64,000 nucleotides of DNA, taken from Paecilomyces variotii (lineage: Eukaryota). This document shows, one piece after another, positions 49,201 to 60,845 of the stretch; the stretch's first letter is position 1; each line of letters opens with the position of its first letter. A model generated the notes under the pieces. It did no database searches. It saw nothing but the letters and a program-made list of their open reading frames with translations, and had not been told where the DNA came from. The DNA is taken from the NCBI GenBank assembly GCA_004022145.1, contig RCNU01000011.1. One strand, 5' to 3'. A program made the translations under genes and the position numbers.

Positions 49201-50241
49201 AAGACTCTGCTGAATATCCCAACCATGGACCGAGACAGGACCTTATCGCTTGAGAGGGTCCGCCGGGAGATTGAGAGCGTCAATCGCGACTCTAGTCGCA
49301 CACATTCCTTAACAAACAGCTCGCTCCGGCGTTCTCTGCATGCTGCCATGAGTGTCGGCCATCACGCGTCTGGGGTCAACAAGCTATCCAAGCAGAAGCA
49401 CCATGAACCCTTTGTTTCACAGCCCCCGTCATCATCCTCGTCACACGCTAGCACCTCTCATCATATGATCGGCCACGACGTTCAAGCCGTGCTGGACTCC
49501 CTTAACCAGAAGTGGGATGCAGAAGTCGAACGTTTACGTCGGTATTTATTCCGGAACTATAATCTTGCCAATGGCTTGGATACTCCAGATACCGACGATG
49601 CGGCTAGTGATGTTCGCCCTACCACAGCAGCGAGCCTGGGGACAATGCTGCAGCAGATGAAGTTGGAGCTGACCGTGTCCGCAACTGAGCTTGCGCAAAA
49701 CTCTCAGCCTGCGGCGCAACCGACGCTCAAAGTGGAGACAGTAGACCTGGAAGACAAGGATACCGAAAGCTCAGACAGTATTCAAACATCGCCATTATCA
49801 ACCATTCCAGAGTTCAAATCCAACGTCTTCTCAGCTGAGGCAGGACAGAAATCCAACCATCGCCGTCCCCTGTCAGCAACATCAAGCACGTCTCCCCCCT
49901 CTCCCATAACGCCTTCGAAAGATTATGCGCCTTCTTCGTTCGGATCTCCTCGACTGGCACTTCCTCTTCCCGCCATTGCACCCTCTGCAAGCGTGTCGAG
50001 TAGCATCCGCAGTACGCGCAGCTCCAGCACCGTGTCCACCAACACTGGGGTGGGGGTCAGTAGCCGAAGTAACTACGGACTAGCTACTTCATCACTGAGG
50101 GGCTTCCTCAGTGGACGTGGCATGAAACCAGACAGCAGGAAGCTGGAGAGGGTCAAGGACGGCCAAGGGGGTCATGTCTACATCACTGGCGACCAACCGC
50201 CGCAGCTTGACTGGTCGCTGCCAAAGTTGGACGGCTTCTGA
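46267..50241 (+). CDS. Large intronless protein with N-terminal PH-like region and RNI-type leucine-rich repeats (1324 aa)
   Basis: PH-like GMWRKKNQYLVLTDTHLVRL...ELNLWLMGVRSA, repeated LxxLDxS motifs (LRRLDFS, LKYLDIS, LEELDIS, LREIYCENN) and a Ser-rich tail. Confidence 0.9.
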   Translation: MAEGYNKKERRKSFSVLSSSLSNTVNSHDRSSSDGLSMLQKKRRNSSFFSRNPSPVRAPSPLACRRPDTADSEGVASATSIPITAPEALKLRRKSLQRNKRASVFGSLRSLHSQEDDDKSVLGRSKPSSEDNDDSSRRTLGTMVLHHGEVQTTGGMWRKKNQYLVLTDTHLVRLKNQNKAAEMFPSIPSSHSRPTAVNRQSVASIHSLQEVQMSQIDSAASVSLNTIVAVYRLDDSRPSVFTAEVAYIDERTHKPAIMQMQMADPEELNLWLMGVRSAAETARSVDPFPFDKRSVEYVVRMLQQERDYDPEQFHMFRAIQRSSSKSVGRASSDDLSKLSSTMCYVAIGMHKIHLIPLQKITSRASIVSLNDMELGTSFGLMTLAGLSMQGGDDSFSLSFRVPLRSSNTLFLASVHLGDIALWIRQIAEFLRPLWLRQPFDFLVPRELDNIDAFTPVEVNEDYGCFDRTLIAYSASYDIDTSNIRYTVDHDCEDAPCFRLLPPASARNPNYSALELLAVMRALRYNESFRSISFSEIKLDVLQKVRDIYGFDRDAQLTRAGTLIKIPGQEGLSLLSQEIRALALKSKFLRRLDFSYCLSRPSALDPGVRDTGCGIPEAIFPICRRQLTNVDWVVLNGIKLGDSDLDYLVDAASEKASHFRALEVSNCGLSVHDLDLVLSTITAQEQTLEAISIAGVQGRLSPELFQPQIGYFAHIRKIDLSRISRTSGPEPLIAPETLLNWRLEELSLSQTAVNEQTVDSIAAYLASDQSRHLRELRLDQCGLTATDVAVFLQSMSNPGGKPRNLHLHVNENRIDSGCSFLFNTIARNQTPTHLSMRMIDFKKEEHFAELVEALRKNTSLKYLDISKASLPYDAGPETCKALQLMFEDNQTLEELDISGEYAHLDVARFGIGLNLALTGLKKNKSLKVLRVEHQKLGLQGANTLASVLEENTSLREIYCENNDIHLQSFTVLVNGLARNKTLLNIPTMDRDRTLSLERVRREIESVNRDSSRTHSLTNSSLRRSLHAAMSVGHHASGVNKLSKQKHHEPFVSQPPSSSSSHASTSHHMIGHDVQAVLDSLNQKWDAEVERLRRYLFRNYNLANGLDTPDTDDAASDVRPTTAASLGTMLQQMKLELTVSATELAQNSQPAAQPTLKVETVDLEDKDTESSDSIQTSPLSTIPEFKSNVFSAEAGQKSNHRRPLSATSSTSPPSPITPSKDYAPSSFGSPRLALPLPAIAPSASVSSSIRSTRSSSTVSTNTGVGVSSRSNYGLATSSLRGFLSGRGMKPDSRKLERVKDGQGGHVYITGDQPPQLDWSLPKLDGF

Positions 50242-51815
50242 TCCTCGCAGCCGCATCTATAGAGCCCGGGACTTTACGGCATGAAAGCCGGCTATGCAGG
50301 AGTGTTAAGCGTTCGGTACCGTGTACCGGTTAGGTCCTTGAACAAGCAATCGAGTCATGATATGACAATGAATTAACGACCAGGAAATGAGAGCATTGTC
50401 TCTTTGGATAAGGATCAGGAGGAGGCGCGTATTAGGAATCCGCTAGACGGATTGTTGATCATATCGAAGCTTCAGGATTGCCGGCGTCCTGACCGTGCTG
50501 ATGAGTGGCACGTTATGATTACAAGACTCTTACAGCAATCTCCTTTTGGAGTCTGCCAGCCGCCGACCTACGTTTTCTTCTATCATTCGGTTCTCATCAG
50601 AGACTCACCATTCAGTCTCGGTGCCCATTCGCTTTGTTTTCTTGTGTATGGCCTACCGTATACATATTTCTTGTCTCTTTGTGTTTCTGGAGAACAGCGA
50701 TTGTCCTCCTTGTCACGATGGCTTGACCGTCTCAAGAGTCCTACTTTTTTCCTTGAGTCGCCCCTGACGGCGTTTCATTTTCTTTTTCTAATAGCGGGAC
50801 TCCTTCCCACACAGTCATCGGAGTTTATGTTTCTCTTTCGGCGCACGTGGGTTTTCTATCTGTCCAAGGGCGGCTAATTACGGCTTCGAGCGGGGATATC
50901 CACAATGGGTTTCGAGTAATACCCGACTTCACTGCTTCTGTCTCGTTTACATCTTGCATATGTCCGGCGACTCCGCATCTCTTTGCTCATTTGTTTCTTC
51001 TCAATCCTGGAACGCGTCCACAGCAAAATTCCCGGGGAATGGATGCACACTGCATCTGCCTGGCATCAACATCATCTGCATCAGGGGCGGAGGCTTATCT
51101 AAACGAAACAGCATAACTAATAGACCTTTTTTTGACGGGAGGTTATTTCCTGCAAATTTTTGTTCTCTCCTTCTACGCCACTCCTCACCCTGGAGCACAG
51201 GCTACACATATTCTCCTTAATCCAGAAGACCTAATTCGTGGAGAATCAACAGGAAAAAAAAGGGATGGCGTGCATATCTCGTTTGCGTACCATGTACATA
51301 GTCACTTTTGTTTGCGCAAACCGGGTACAAGTGTAAATAGCTTCAAGTGCGTGTATCTCCTTCCGGAGAGCGACTGTTCCGATGCTACGGCATATATTAT
51401 CCGGTCAGGCGTGTTGTATATAAGACAAGGCACGTATAATCTATTACGTTCATTCCGGGGTTTCCTTCCCTCATCGAGAGCAAGCTTAACTAGGATAAAG
51501 TCGTTATTCCTGCGTAGTCTGCCAGATAGAGCTTTATAGATGCCATCATTTACCTACCATGGATACTTGATTTTATTTCTCACGGATAAGGACCGGGTAT
51601 CTTGATCATGATCACATGTCCATGGCATTCGATATAACCCTACCATTGCAATTTTCAGAAATTGAATACACACAGGAAAAACTCAGATTTGACCATTCCA
51701 TTTCCGAAGAAAAGTCCGTATGCATAAGAGCCACAAATGCGAACAAGTAGCTAATTAAGTGGGTATCTTTCCGAATTTTCTTTTTTTTTTTTTTTTCCTT
51801 TTATTCTCTTCTTTT

Positions 51816-53608
51816 TTACTCCGCAAACGCCAGCATCAGGTTTACCGTTTCTGAGAGGAATGACCCCGCATCTTCGTTGCTATATGTAGTCTCATTATAG
51901 CTGAGGGAGACTTCGCACCGGTCGCGAAAACTGTCGAGACGGAGGGACCTGGATATTTCCCTTGTTAGGGGCTGGTGACTTTTTGTGGTTGGGGGAAAGA
52001 CATACATGAATGGCATGTATTGATTAAGCAAGAATCGGACATTCTGCACGGTGATTGCTTTCTCTTGAGTAATTGGGTTTGGAACTTCGCGGGGGATGAA
52101 GCGTTCGTTGATACCGTCGCTGGTGAACATCTGGTTTCGTTAGTTTGGGATTTGGTGTTTTATAGGCTCTGATGGAGGATGTGGTACTTACGGGAGTTGA
52201 TGCGGGAACTTGTTGGTTACTGGAGAGAGAGAATATCGAGGTCAGCTTGTTGATAATGGTCACTGAATCCTGTCCAGATAGAGGATGGTTCGAGAGACTT
52301 ACTTAGCCAGAGCCGTGGAGATGAGAGACATGAACGATATTGAGGCAGGAAGCAAAGACGGCTGGTTCATCCAGAAATCATAGCTCTCCTTGGTATGTTT
52401 CGCGGCACGGCTGATTTTCTCCCGCAGCTGTTCCTTGTCGCAGTCACGAGGTGCATAGGACTGGATGTCCTCGAATAGTAGCAATGCTGAGGACTGGCAT
52501 ACGGGATAGTATGTCTTTGTGGCTTTGGCATAGTCCTCCCGCAGGAAACGGCGGCTGTTCACGGGCATAGCCGTTGCACAGAATGTCTCAGGGGCATCAG
52601 CCGGGGGTGGATTGGTCTTCAATAGAGCAAGAAACACGGCAGCGTGGCCGAGATGGGTAACTGTGTATTTAGGCCCGAGACGCTCTTTGACAGCACGGAG
52701 CAGTTTCGCGCTCTCTTCGACTGTGAATGCGTGGAATATAGATCGGGGCAGTCCGACATTTTCAGACCGTGTTTTCAGACCCCAGGATCCCTAGAATAGG
52801 TATGGTTGCGTTAGTTACTGTTCACTCGTTCCTTCATGGCAGTAGAACTTACGCTCATACGGGGGATATTTCCCATAAGCCCCATGCGGGTAGCCTCGAA
52901 TTTAGGGCCTGCGATCTCCTGACTGGGATCCAGCAGGGAAAGAAGAGGGGCGTCCAAATTGTTCCTCTCTTCTCCCCATGGGAGTTTACCTGGCTCCGTA
53001 GTCGAGAGCTCGGATGCTAGAGTACGGAAGATATCACCCAGGAGAACTCGGACGCTGATGCCATCGAGAAACACGTGGTTGGCGTAAAGAACCAACTCGA
53101 TGGCCGTATCTCCCAGACTCGTGGTTTCATCAGCGACAGGAGCTGCCGCATAGATTGTAACTGCTTCTGCTGGTCCACTTCCAACCTCCCGTTGTTCCTC
53201 CAGAGCCGTTCTAATGTCGAGCGCAGTACGGCTGCTAGCTTCCACACGGATACGTTGCTCAGCCCACTTCTGCGCATCTGCTGCATCTTTGGGAGATCGA
53301 TACTGGATCCAGGTATTTCCATCTTTCCAGGTCACTGTAGCTGCAATTTCGGGATGCTCGAAACGAAGTCTGAGCAAGGAGGCCTGCAGCTTCTCCTTCA
53401 ACGACTTGAGCGTCACCTCGGGGTGGTGTAGTTGAAATCGAGACAGAAGGTAAAGGTCATTCGCTCCCATCTTGTTGGGTATTTCCATTCCAACGACGCA
53501 CTCTGCTCCAATGGCCTGACGTTGCCAGATGGTGGGATCTGTTTCTGATGCATGCCATGCCAGCTGCTCTGGCACCAGAGGAGGTAGTTCAAGCATGTGT
53601 GAACCCAT
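51816..53608 (-). CDS. Tri3-family (trichothecene 15-O-acetyltransferase-like) CoA-dependent O-acyltransferase, 4 exons
   Basis: WQRQAIGAE, LRFEHPEIA, catalytic HxxxD motif NHVFLDG, TVTHLGHAAV and PMFTSDG. Three GT-AG introns restore the frame. Confidence 0.8.
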
Positions 53609-54645
53609 TTCGAGTAGTTTTGTTCTTTCTGGGATGTCTGAGATGAACAACTGAATGGAGAGGAAGTCGAGCAGGGAATGTCTCTGATTTATATGCCTGT
53701 CTACCGGAAGAGTTGTAAGTGATCGAGCTGAGGTTCAACTTGGGGGCGCACCCGGGGTCCTCTGGATGGGTCAATTCACTCACGCAATGCAACTTCAAGA
53801 ATCTTTGGCTTTCCCTAATTACGTTTGGATCGCACGAACCTTGGTACAGATCGTACTAACGAGACAATGCTCATTTCTTTCTGGCGCGCAGCTACTATGC
53901 GCGCCATGTGGCGGTTTGTGTTGCTCTGCTGAGGGCCAGGGGCCGAGATTACCTGCAACAGATCCATGACACAACGCCGGTCGAGAGGAAAGTTGTGGAG
54001 AAAGAACGGCAGGCCTAGAGTATAGTCTACGCGGCATTGTTCTGGAATACTGAATACTAACTCGATCGATAAGTGATACAAGAGTGGAATCAGTGGATAC
54101 TTACTGGCAACCCCGGCCTCCGCGGGCTCCAGGGATCGGAATCCGAACTCGCACGTTGAGGCCAGGGTGTGTATACACTGCCATGTTTGGGCATCTGCTT
54201 GGATATTATCCTGTTTTCTTGTTTACTGGGGCTCGGCAATCTTTGTCTCGAAGGGGATAATACTCCAGGGCGATGATCCACGCAAGTGTTCGTGCCGCAG
54301 CACTCCGGCATTTTCTGGCCACTGATGCAGAGGAATTGGTCTGAAGATCATAGGCACAGAGGCTAGTTTTATCTCATGCATGAAGGGTTGGCACCATACG
54401 GAGTAGAGAATTCCCGAATACGAGATTTGATACTATTGAAGTTCGAAAACTTCAGTGAAGCTGCTCTTTTCGTAGATAGCAGCCTCGAACGCTTCCCGAT
54501 CTGGTTAACCGTGCACACCGCCTGCACGCCTTGGACCATTTGATCTCTTGAGCAAGTAAGATAAAACATCCTGAGGAACCGTGCAAGTCAGAGCGCGAAA
54601 TTGGAGACTTCCTTATTGAGTGTTAGGCACTTATCGTCGCCATCC

Positions 54646-55924
54646 ATGTCTACGGGCGTTTCACAACAGGAGAAAGATGGGTCGCCTCCCTCACTCACCC
54701 TCTGCCAATGGCTGCATCTAATCGGGAAAGTAGCGAGATCATGTACGTACCATCCTCTCTCTGGGATTTAGAAGGGGCTGTCTTTCTCACGCAAAGCGTA
54801 CATAGTGTGTATAATTATCTTGAGATCAATTGCGGCACCTTTTCGGCTCCCCAAGGGCCAAACATGCTCCAGATACGTTAGATACGAGGGAATGCGAGTG
54901 TTTCAAACAGCGCTTTCCGCAGTCGAGAAGCAAAATGCCCTTCCATCCACCGAATCTACCTGTAGGAGATTTTCCAGGAAGCGTGGTCTTTCCCAAAAGG
55001 ACGTCCAACTTCCCGATGGAACAAAGGTCCACTGGATCGGATCCCCTGACGCTCCAAGAGTGATAGCCTACTTTCATGGAGGCGGCTATGCCGCTCCAGC
55101 GCTAAGTCAACATATATCATTTCTCTACGACAATGTGTCTCGTTACCGCGATGTCTCTATCTTGGTCCTATCGTATGGTATGCTAAACTCCAACTAAGGA
55201 ATTCATCTGCTTTGAGTTAACAGGATACTCTCTAGATCTGGCCTCTGAAACAAAGAACCACTATCCTCGACAACTGCGACAGGCAGTTAGTATGCTTAAT
55301 TACCTCATTAATGAAGCAAATAAAATGCCTTCAAATATAAGCCTCGTCGGAAACTCAGCCGGTTGTCACTTGATGCTGGGTCTCCTGCTACACATTAGCC
55401 ATCCTAGTCCTTTAGCACCTTCTCTCGAGATTCCTGGCCAGCTATATCAAGCAATACTGACCTCTCCATGGGTCACTTTCGATGTTTCCGCTCGGTCCAT
55501 GGAAACCAACAAGGACAAGGATATTATTTGTCCTTCTGCGCTCGCCTACTGGGGGCAAAACGTTTTGAGTGGTGCAAAAGTTGACCCTTGGAACACTCCT
55601 TTGTCTGCACCAAGACAGTGGTGGAGCGATCTCAAGGTCGGTGATATACTTATACTATATGGAGGAGACGAGGTAATGCACGACGACGTGGCTGAGTTCT
55701 CTAGCATACTGAAGGTGAGATTGCAGCATTTCTCCCAGGTCTCTCTCGGATTCAATGCTTATATATACTAGGCTGCCCATCCGCGAACAACGGTGTATGA
55801 ATTGCCTGGGGAGTGTCACGAACAGGTGCTCATTAATGACTTACTACATCTCAATATGGAACCTCTTTCCGGAAAGATCTTTTCTGACTGGATGGAAGAG
55901 CATTTGCGCGATGGAAAGTCATGA
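54646..55924 (+). CDS. HSL-family esterase (Say1/Mug180-like acetyl hydrolase), 4 exons
   Basis: YFHGGGY oxyanion motif, nucleophile elbow GNSAG, SPWV, GGDEV and C-terminal catalytic His in GECH. Confidence 0.85.
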
Positions 55925-56289
55925 AGTCATGAAGACTTGTCGGCGATATGACTGTATATGATAGCGTCGACTACTCGAGTCACTAGTCCCGGCTATATAT
56001 CTAGAAATCTAGACGATCGAAAATATGAGTCTTAAGATATCGTGCCGAAGAGATCAATGATCGGGTTTCACTTTATGTATGTATATCCGTGTAACTAAGG
56101 AACGTTCGCTGGCTCAAGACAACGTTGACATATATGCCCCAACTCAGATAGGACACATAGTAAAATGGGCATCAGTACTCGAATCACTTCGACACATTAA
56201 CACTTACAATGGGAATCCGATTTAAGATTCGAGATACATGATTGGCCCACTACTCCATACAATAATATTGTCGCGGGGTGTATCTCCAT

Positions 56290-56318
56290 CACGTGATCAC
56301 GCGTTCTAGGAACACGCG
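56290..56318. promoter_or_regulatory. CACGTG E-box plus MCB elements upstream of the Sld7-like gene
   Basis: catcacgtgatcacgcgttctaggaacacgcg, with ACGCGT at 56299-56304 and ACGCG at 56314-56318. Confidence 0.55.
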
Positions 56319-56437
56319 CATCATCATTCAAGGTCAGTGATTCAGACAGAAGTCTTTGCAAACGAGTCTACGTAAATTCTACGCCACAAACACCGGTGTA
56401 CTAATATGTGAGACTGGGAATGACCGTTTACTGAAAA

Positions 56438-57939
56438 ATGGAGGTGTGGTCGGGAGACATTGCATGCAATGCTGAATCTTCGTTGAAAGGCGAGTTTACA
56501 GCCCTTCGGACAGTCATTTGTTCCCTGCTGACTGTAAGGCACTCACAGGCATACGGCTGCTCAGTTCCATATCAGACACTTATTATGATATTATACCTAA
56601 AGATGCAAAACTTTCGGTCCGCTCTCTTGTCAATCCAGCCTTGATACCCCTGTACGCGCGAGCGGGACCGAGCCTTGAATTGCACGCGACGAATGTTGAT
56701 AGTTCGCAGTGGTTGAAGAGCAAACTCCTGAGTAATATTTGGCTCGAGGAAGATGCCATTGAGAAGGGACAATCGATACAATGCCCTATTGGTATCCTAC
56801 TCCAAGTGCAGAGCAGCAGACGAGGAACCACTGTCGGACATCCCATCTCTGACATTCTGGTTTATGGGATCCTTTCGAACAGGGCTCCGCTTGGACGTCC
56901 GCCGACTCCTCCAGTCTCGTCGTCGCCCGATGTGCAAGAAGAAGAGGATGGTAGTGGTCTGGTGAAGAGAGAGCTCAGGGTATATGCCTCTCCGCTATCA
57001 GGCAGTCTTATTAGCAAAGCTCAAGCTTTACCTTCTCCACCGTCGAGTCCTGAAAACAGGTCTCTAGGCAGCAATGGGCATTTTGCAGAGTTCATCCCGG
57101 ATCTACGGTCCCCGAGTCCCAAGCGCAAACGGGTGGCCACACTATTTGAAGTCGCTGCGCAGCACCATAAGAGAGTCCGGCAGAAAGGAGGAGAGGCTGT
57201 CTCGCAGTTGATGGCGCACGCCAATTCTCAGTCCATCCCTCCATTGAATCCTATCAAGATCAAGAAGGAACCAGATGAGATTGGAAACTACGCGCTGGAG
57301 AGAATATCTTCGCAGCGAGCACGGTCTCTTTCGTTAGGCGGCAGCCTCCGTGCCTCCAGACCTGCTGATAATCGTCTGGAGAGCCAGAGACCTAGCACGG
57401 CTAAGAGCCACGGCAGGAATACCATCAGCCGAGCAAATACTCCTAATCCCTTCCACGACTCCTCCAGTCTGCGAATCGAAAAGTCAGAAGTACCATCTTC
57501 TCAAAGCAACAGTGATCCCCTATCAGGACCGAAGGATGTCGCTACAATTATCTCTGAGAATAAAACCCTCATGACTAGGACGATACTCACTTGTATGCGT
57601 CTCTATGGTTACCATCGGAGCAACTCGCGATCGTCGACAAACAAGAACCATGCAGCGACGCAGGCCGATCTAGATTCATTCAATGCAGAAGAGCGCGACA
57701 CGCGTACTCCTGCTCCCGAGAATGGCCCATCGACGAATTCCGCTGGTGGCTCCGATGAGGACGAATTCAGATCCATGTATCATGCCACCTACAAGGCTGC
57801 GACCTTTGCTCTGAGACGTTACCTCAGGGAAGGAGATCCTACAACTGTAGAATCTGGAACGTTGCCGCCTATCTTGGAGAAGGAAAAAGCAACAAATACT
57901 ATTGACGGTCTTTTACGGCTTTTCTGTGAGGACGCCTAG
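56438..57939 (+). CDS. Sld7-like replication factor (C-terminal Sld7 domain), 2 exons with a GC-AG intron
   Basis: MEVWSG..LK/GIRLL joined through intron 56490-56548. C-terminal ENKTLMTRTILTCMRLYG and DEFRSMYHATYKAATFALR..IDGLLRLF. Confidence 0.7.
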
Positions 57940-58346
57940 CTTGATTGGCGTTGCATGGGCATGGGAGCATCAGCAGAGAGTTTCTACACGACGTTATGAT
58001 ATGGAGGCTAAAACTACTTTGCATATGTGGCGCTGGGCATTTGGTGGTTTTATATCATTTGGTTTGCATTTTGTACGGTGGGATTCACTGGCATGGCCGA
58101 GTTCTTGGGCATTAACTATATAGCATCGAAGTCATTTGCGAGATCTGTAATATCAGTTTCTGGACAACTGCACGCATGGTTATTTCAATTGGGGCGGTCG
58201 GTCCATGTGGAGCGTCTGAGCAAAAACAACTTAGGAATAGGGAACCAAAAAAAAAAAAAAAAAAAAATGTAAAATCAGACGATCTTCTTTTATTCGTCCA
58301 ATGCTTCTTCCCCCGAGGGCAAAAAATAAAAACGCAAAAAGAATGC

Positions 58347-58431
58347 CACTTCCGGCGGGGCTCGAACCCGCAACCTTAGGATGGAACCTCATTAATAGAA
58401 GTCCTACGCGCTACCATTGCGCCACGGAAGC
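58347..58431 (-). tRNA. tRNA-Arg(UCU) with 13-nt intron at 58383-58395
   Basis: Full cloverleaf: acceptor GCTTCCG/CGGAAGT, D arm GCGC-AATGGTA-GCGC, anticodon arm TAGGA-CT-TCT-A^A-TCCTA, T arm GCGGG-TTCGAGC-CCCGC. An oligo-T Pol III terminator follows. Confidence 0.96.
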
Positions 58432-59418
58432 TGCTTCTATGGAAGGGCGATCTCAGCTCTGATTCTTCAAAGCCTAATGTAACGGTATCTATCGCCGTAG
58501 GCTATACAGTTGAGGCTTTTGAATCTCCAGCTTGTAACTCGTACTGTGAACATAATGGCCATTCGAGAAGGCGTCATATTTTATATGTCTTCTTGCTCCT
58601 GAGATCCACACTCGTGGCCGAGGGTCGATATCTATTTCATAGTTCCCTTCATTTCGAAACTATTTGTTGGCTGATTATGTCTTTATATATTTCGGTTCAC
58701 CGGCGCATGTCAACGGCGAAGGGACGATCTGCAGAGAGTGCATTCAGGGAAATGATACCCTGCCACGATCACAGACAGTTGACCGGCATACTTGAACTTC
58801 GAAGGTTGCAAGCATTCATGGAGAGCTTTCCTGGGGGCGACAATGAAGTATGCAAGACATGTTGTCAGCATTGCAGGTTTCGAAGACACAGTAGTAAGGT
58901 ACGCCTGAACAGAGAGTGAATGCATCTTGCTTATGAAGTGGAAAGTTGGAGACAGACAAAAAAACGGAGAAAAAAAGAATACCAAAGGAATTAGAATCTG
59001 CGCTGAGCGCATCTTAGAATCTCTTAGATGAATAGATCTCTAAGTCGCCTCATAGACAATAGATCAAAGAGGGTCGTTCACGAATCATAATAACGGGTTC
59101 ACTCGAACCCATGGGAAATGACCACAGAGCAAACAGCTCTTCTACCATCAACCTAAGACTCCTGTATTCAGCAATGGTGAAGTGAATATACTAGTTGCAT
59201 GTAAATGCCGATGGCAGACCAAGGCACGTGCTGCTCCCCATACTTGCGCCGGCGTCGCAGACGCCTCCCGTATCATCTCCGACCGACGACATCACCAGCT
59301 CCAAGCCATCGCAATACTCTAGCTTCGCGCCCAGACAAGCGCCCGCGACAGTTGAGTCTTACAAGACCGGAAAACCGAAAATTCGCATACAAACCACATC
59401 AGAGCAGGTCTCTGCAAC

Positions 59419-60149
59419 ATGGACGTCTCCAACAGCCGCCTCTTCCGGTTCTCGAAACCGGAATGGCTCAATAACTCCAGCGTCCGCACTGCTGGTGTCT
59501 ACACATCCGGCGCACTGGCAAGCTTCCCTTTCAAGTCTGACAGCTATCCCGCATGATGCTGACGATGTATCAAACAAACAGTTCTCCATTGGGTTCTTCT
59601 TCCTGGTCGATGCCGCCGCATTCTCTCACAGCTCGCGCAACGGCTCCAAGGTGCATGTGAAGTTTGTCGACTGGATTCCGGGCATTTGTTCCGCGCTGGG
59701 AATGCTGGTCATCAACTCGATTGAAAAGTCCAGACTGAACGCCGATAGCTTCAGCTATAGTGGCAGCGGCGTGGCGTGGAAGGCCCGCTTCGTGCTGTTC
59801 CTGGGATTTGCTCTGCTTGCGGGAGGACTGGCGGGCAGTATAGTGAGTACATGCTCTCTGCGCCCTGTGTTTGGCGACGGTAATAGGCGATTTACGTTGT
59901 ATGCTAATATATATACTCTCAGACGGTTATGGTTCTCAAGTACCTCATCAAAGACTATCCGCTCCAGACCTTGTACTTCGGAATTGCCAACGTGATCGCA
60001 AACAGCCTCGTTATGTTAAGGTACGCGCTCAATCGGTTTCTCTACGCTCGATTGTAACCTGGACAATCGCTAACTGTTCGCACAGCTCGGTCGTGCTATG
60101 GGTCTCCCAGAACATGGAGGATGACTACACCTACAACCTTGCCCTGTGA
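59419..60149 (+). CDS. VPS68: Vacuolar protein sorting protein Vps68 (UPF0220), 4 exons, first intron GC-AG
   Basis: GVYTSGAL/FSIGFFFLVDA, FVDWIPGICSALGMLVINSIEKSRL, ARFVLFLGFALLAGGLAGS and EDDYTYNLAL. Confidence 0.9.
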
Positions 60150-60845
60150 ACGCGGGCACGATGAATTGGTCAGCACAGGCCAGTAACTATCTGATGAAGC
60201 AGCGCTGTTTAATCCCTGTCGTAGCTATGTTCCGTTTACGTTTATGGTTTCTCATTGCTTTCTTGGACTTTCTCCTTCGACTATGTTCAGAGATGGGTGT
60301 ACCTCATCGCCTGTACCACTAAGTCTGCTGGGTGTAAATTCAGCTCAAGTAGATCAGCAAATTGGACTGCTAGTCGCCAATGATAATCTACGATCGTGCA
60401 TTCATATTTCCCCAGACAAGGAGCGCAATGTGTCCATCGGTGGATTGCGAGCAGCCATAGTGAAGAATCGACACAAGCGTACAGTTTCTCAAGGGTTGTA
60501 AGATGGAGTTGATAACAATAGAGAAACATCTGATTATTCCGTGAATTGAATGATCTACTAGTGACAAGATATCATTAGTATTGGGGCCCAAAAGCTACAA
60601 CAGGTTAATGCTGTCTCCTTAATATGATTATGGAGGACGCCTGGGAGACGGAATTCGGGGTGTGTACGTAGGTCAACCGACCGTCCCATTTTAGTGCACG
60701 ACCAAGACTAAGCCTATTTAAGTAACCGAGACTTGGATACTATCATACTCATCATACTCTTTCCAAACACGCCCACATTTATATCTGCCAATCGAATGAC
60801 CAGTTCGCCATCTTGATTCACCTTGTCCAAAAAGGGAAGTGAACT

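Noticed and set aside
59095..59110. GGGTTC-ACTC-GAACCC hairpin resembling a tRNA T-arm
   Set aside because: There is no cloverleaf or A box around it, and a 6-bp stem is expected by chance.
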